A stretch of DNA of 59,165 bases from Gaiellaceae bacterium (GTDB taxonomy: Bacteria; Actinomycetota; Thermoleophilia; Gaiellales; Gaiellaceae), in contig DASQWX010000010.1 in NCBI GenBank assembly GCA_035640035.1, positions 1 to 59,165 of the forward strand, in the 5' to 3' direction. Each line of letters begins with the position of its first letter. Position 1 is the first letter of the stretch. Both the position numbers and the translations under genes were made by a program. Below, piece after piece: positions 57,664-59,165 of the stretch. Below the pieces are notes generated by a model. The model saw only the letters and a program-made list of their open reading frames with translations, did not search any database and was not told where the DNA came from.

Positions 57664-58086
57664 TTAGGAAACGACGACGGCGCAGGTCCCGTACGACTTC
57701 GTATACGTGCCGTACGGCCATCGGATCTTGCCGACGAACTGATAGGTGTACGTGCCTCTTTGCTCCGGCGTGATGAAGCCCCAACTAGCGGACATGTTCG
57801 AGTTGCCGGTGGTGGTGAACGTGCCGTTGGAGCCGACCGTCACCGGGCCAACCGACTGCGCCCCGTTGGGGAAGGTGAGGATCATGTTCACCGTGGTGCT
57901 CGGAAGTCCCCAGGCGGAGACTGTCCAGACCTGGTCGAGGGCAACCTGGCCAGGCGAGATCGAGCACCCGGAGCTCGTCGAACCGCCTTGTCCACCCTGT
58001 CCCTTGCCGGCAAGTGCCACTGGGACGAGGACGAGTGCGAGAACGACGGCACCGATCTGTGCGACATGGGCGATGCGGCGAGTCAT
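57664..58086 (-). CDS. Secreted hypothetical protein (signal peptide, Gly-rich linker, Cys-bracketed beta-rich body)
   Basis: 140 aa: MTRRIAHVAQIGAVVLALVLVPVALAGKGQGGQGGSTSSGC...GTCAVVVS. No family recognised. Confidence 0.65.
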   Translation of the reverse strand: MTRRIAHVAQIGAVVLALVLVPVALAGKGQGGQGGSTSSGCSISPGQVALDQVWTVSAWGLPSTTVNMILTFPNGAQSVGPVTVGSNGTFTTTGNSNMSASWGFITPEQRGTYTYQFVGKIRWPYGTYTKSYGTCAVVVS

Positions 58087-58332
58087 GGGTACGAGGTCCT
58101 TTCGGTAGGGGGCGGCGAGCCGAACGTGTGCCTCGAAGCGGCGAACCCGGTTCCGTAAGACGCATCTGGTACTTCCGGGGCATCGTCGGAACCGTCACGG
58201 CGACTGACCCCCAAATGGGGGATGACCTCACCGGACCGCGACCGGTCGGACCGCGCGGGCCTCCCGACGTTCGTGCCTGGCTCACGAAGCGGGTGAGGTT
58301 AGCAACGCCGGACGACGTTTTGACCCGAAGGA

Positions 58333-58632
58333 CTAGTGCGAAATTTGCGCAATTAGCGCCAGCGCGACCACGAATCCAACCACGATCAGCGCAGATCGTG
58401 CAGTCTCCGCGAGCCTCACGACCGTGTAACCCACGATGGCGGTCGGCAGCCCGGGCTCGCGACGCGCCGGCTTCGCGCGGAGGGTCTCGGCAGAACTCGG
58501 GAGGAACGCGTCAGGATCGCGCTCGGGCAGCAGCTCGAGTGCGCGTTCGTACACCTCCGGCGAGACGAGCACGAGCTCGGAATGCACTTCCCACGGCTCG
58601 ACGAACTCGGCTGCGAAGGCGACAGCACCCAT
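58333..58632 (-). CDS. Hypothetical tail-anchored membrane protein
   Basis: 99 aa with coding-like GC3 and a C-terminal TM segment ALIVVGFVVALALIAQI. Weak call. Confidence 0.4.
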   Translation of the reverse strand: MGAVAFAAEFVEPWEVHSELVLVSPEVYERALELLPERDPDAFLPSSAETLRAKPARREPGLPTAIVGYTVVRLAETARSALIVVGFVVALALIAQISH

Positions 58633-58673
58633 TCCGTTAGGGGTATCGGCCCTTCATATCCCTCACTTGAGGG

Positions 58674-59165
58674 GTGCCCGAGTACGATCATCCCGTGCAG
58701 AAGTACGTCCTCAGCGAGCTCGACTCGGGCGAGCGCGTCATCTCGGAGCGGCTCGAGCACGTGCGCTCCGTCGCGATCGGGTTCTGGATCGGGGCCGGAT
58801 CCCGCGACGAGAAGGCCGAACGGGCGGGCGTCTCCCACTTCATCGAGCACCTGCTTTTCAAGGGCACGGCGTCGTACACGGCGCAGCAGATCGCCGAGAT
58901 CTTCGACACGCTCGGCGGTGAGCTGAACGCGGCGACGTCCCGCGAGCACACCGTCGTCTACGCACGCGTCCCTGACGAACAGCTGCAGACCGCCCTCGAC
59001 GTGATGGGGGAGATGGTCTTCGCGCCCGAGTTCGCGGAGCTCGACGCCGAGCGCGAGGTCGTGCTCGAGGAGATCGCGATGTACGAGGATCAGCCGCAGG
59101 AGCTTGTCCACGACCTGATCCAGGAGGCCACCTTCGGCTCGCATCCGCTCGGGAGGCCGGTGATC
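58674..59165 (+). CDS. M16 (pitrilysin/insulinase) family zinc peptidase, 5' part (continues past the right window edge)
   Basis: Absent from the track because it is edge-truncated. Zinc motif HFIEHLLFKG (HxxEH); ...ERLEHVRSVAIGFWIGAGSRDE.... Start is GTG 58674 or GTG 58695. Confidence 0.85.
   Translation, partial: MPEYDHPVQKYVLSELDSGERVISERLEHVRSVAIGFWIGAGSRDEKAERAGVSHFIEHLLFKGTASYTAQQIAEIFDTLGGELNAATSREHTVVYARVPDEQLQTALDVMGEMVFAPEFAELDAEREVVLEEIAMYEDQPQELVHDLIQEATFGSHPLGRPVI

Overview
High-GC (roughly 70%) chromosomal window with actinobacterial-type gene order: mihF-gmk-rpoZ-coaBC and rimP-nusA-ylxR-infB-rbfA-nrnA-truB-ribF-rpsO-pnp-M16 peptidase. It probably comes from a deep-branching Actinomycetota lineage, which cannot be proven from sequence alone. 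I call about 60 protein genes and one tRNA-Arg(CCG). I see no rRNA, CRISPR array, integrase or transposase. Core content is a complete PyrR-controlled pyrimidine operon (pyrR-pyrB-pyrC-[nucleotidyltransferase]-carA-carB-pyrK-pyrD), the translation and RNA-processing array, a MoxR/DUF58/transglutaminase chain, and a dipeptide epimerase/DUF1611/M29 aminopeptidase cluster. The items most worth a second look are: (1) a ~4.7 kb accessory module between pnp and the M16 peptidase, with an orphan LuxR-type response regulator and three unplaceable secreted proteins; (2) a ~75-nt repeat at two operon-internal gene junctions; (3) an in-frame 102-nt insertion in the carB linker, flanked by direct repeats and carrying a hairpin; (4) a small TM+LysM gene with two perfect GAAC-N4-GTTC SOS boxes on an apparently leaderless promoter; (5) a PyrR-binding RNA that sequesters the SD of a 13-codon uORF whose stop overlaps the pyrR start. 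All functional calls come from reading motifs by eye; no database search was run. Start codons are often uncertain because high-GC shadow ORFs extend many reading frames.
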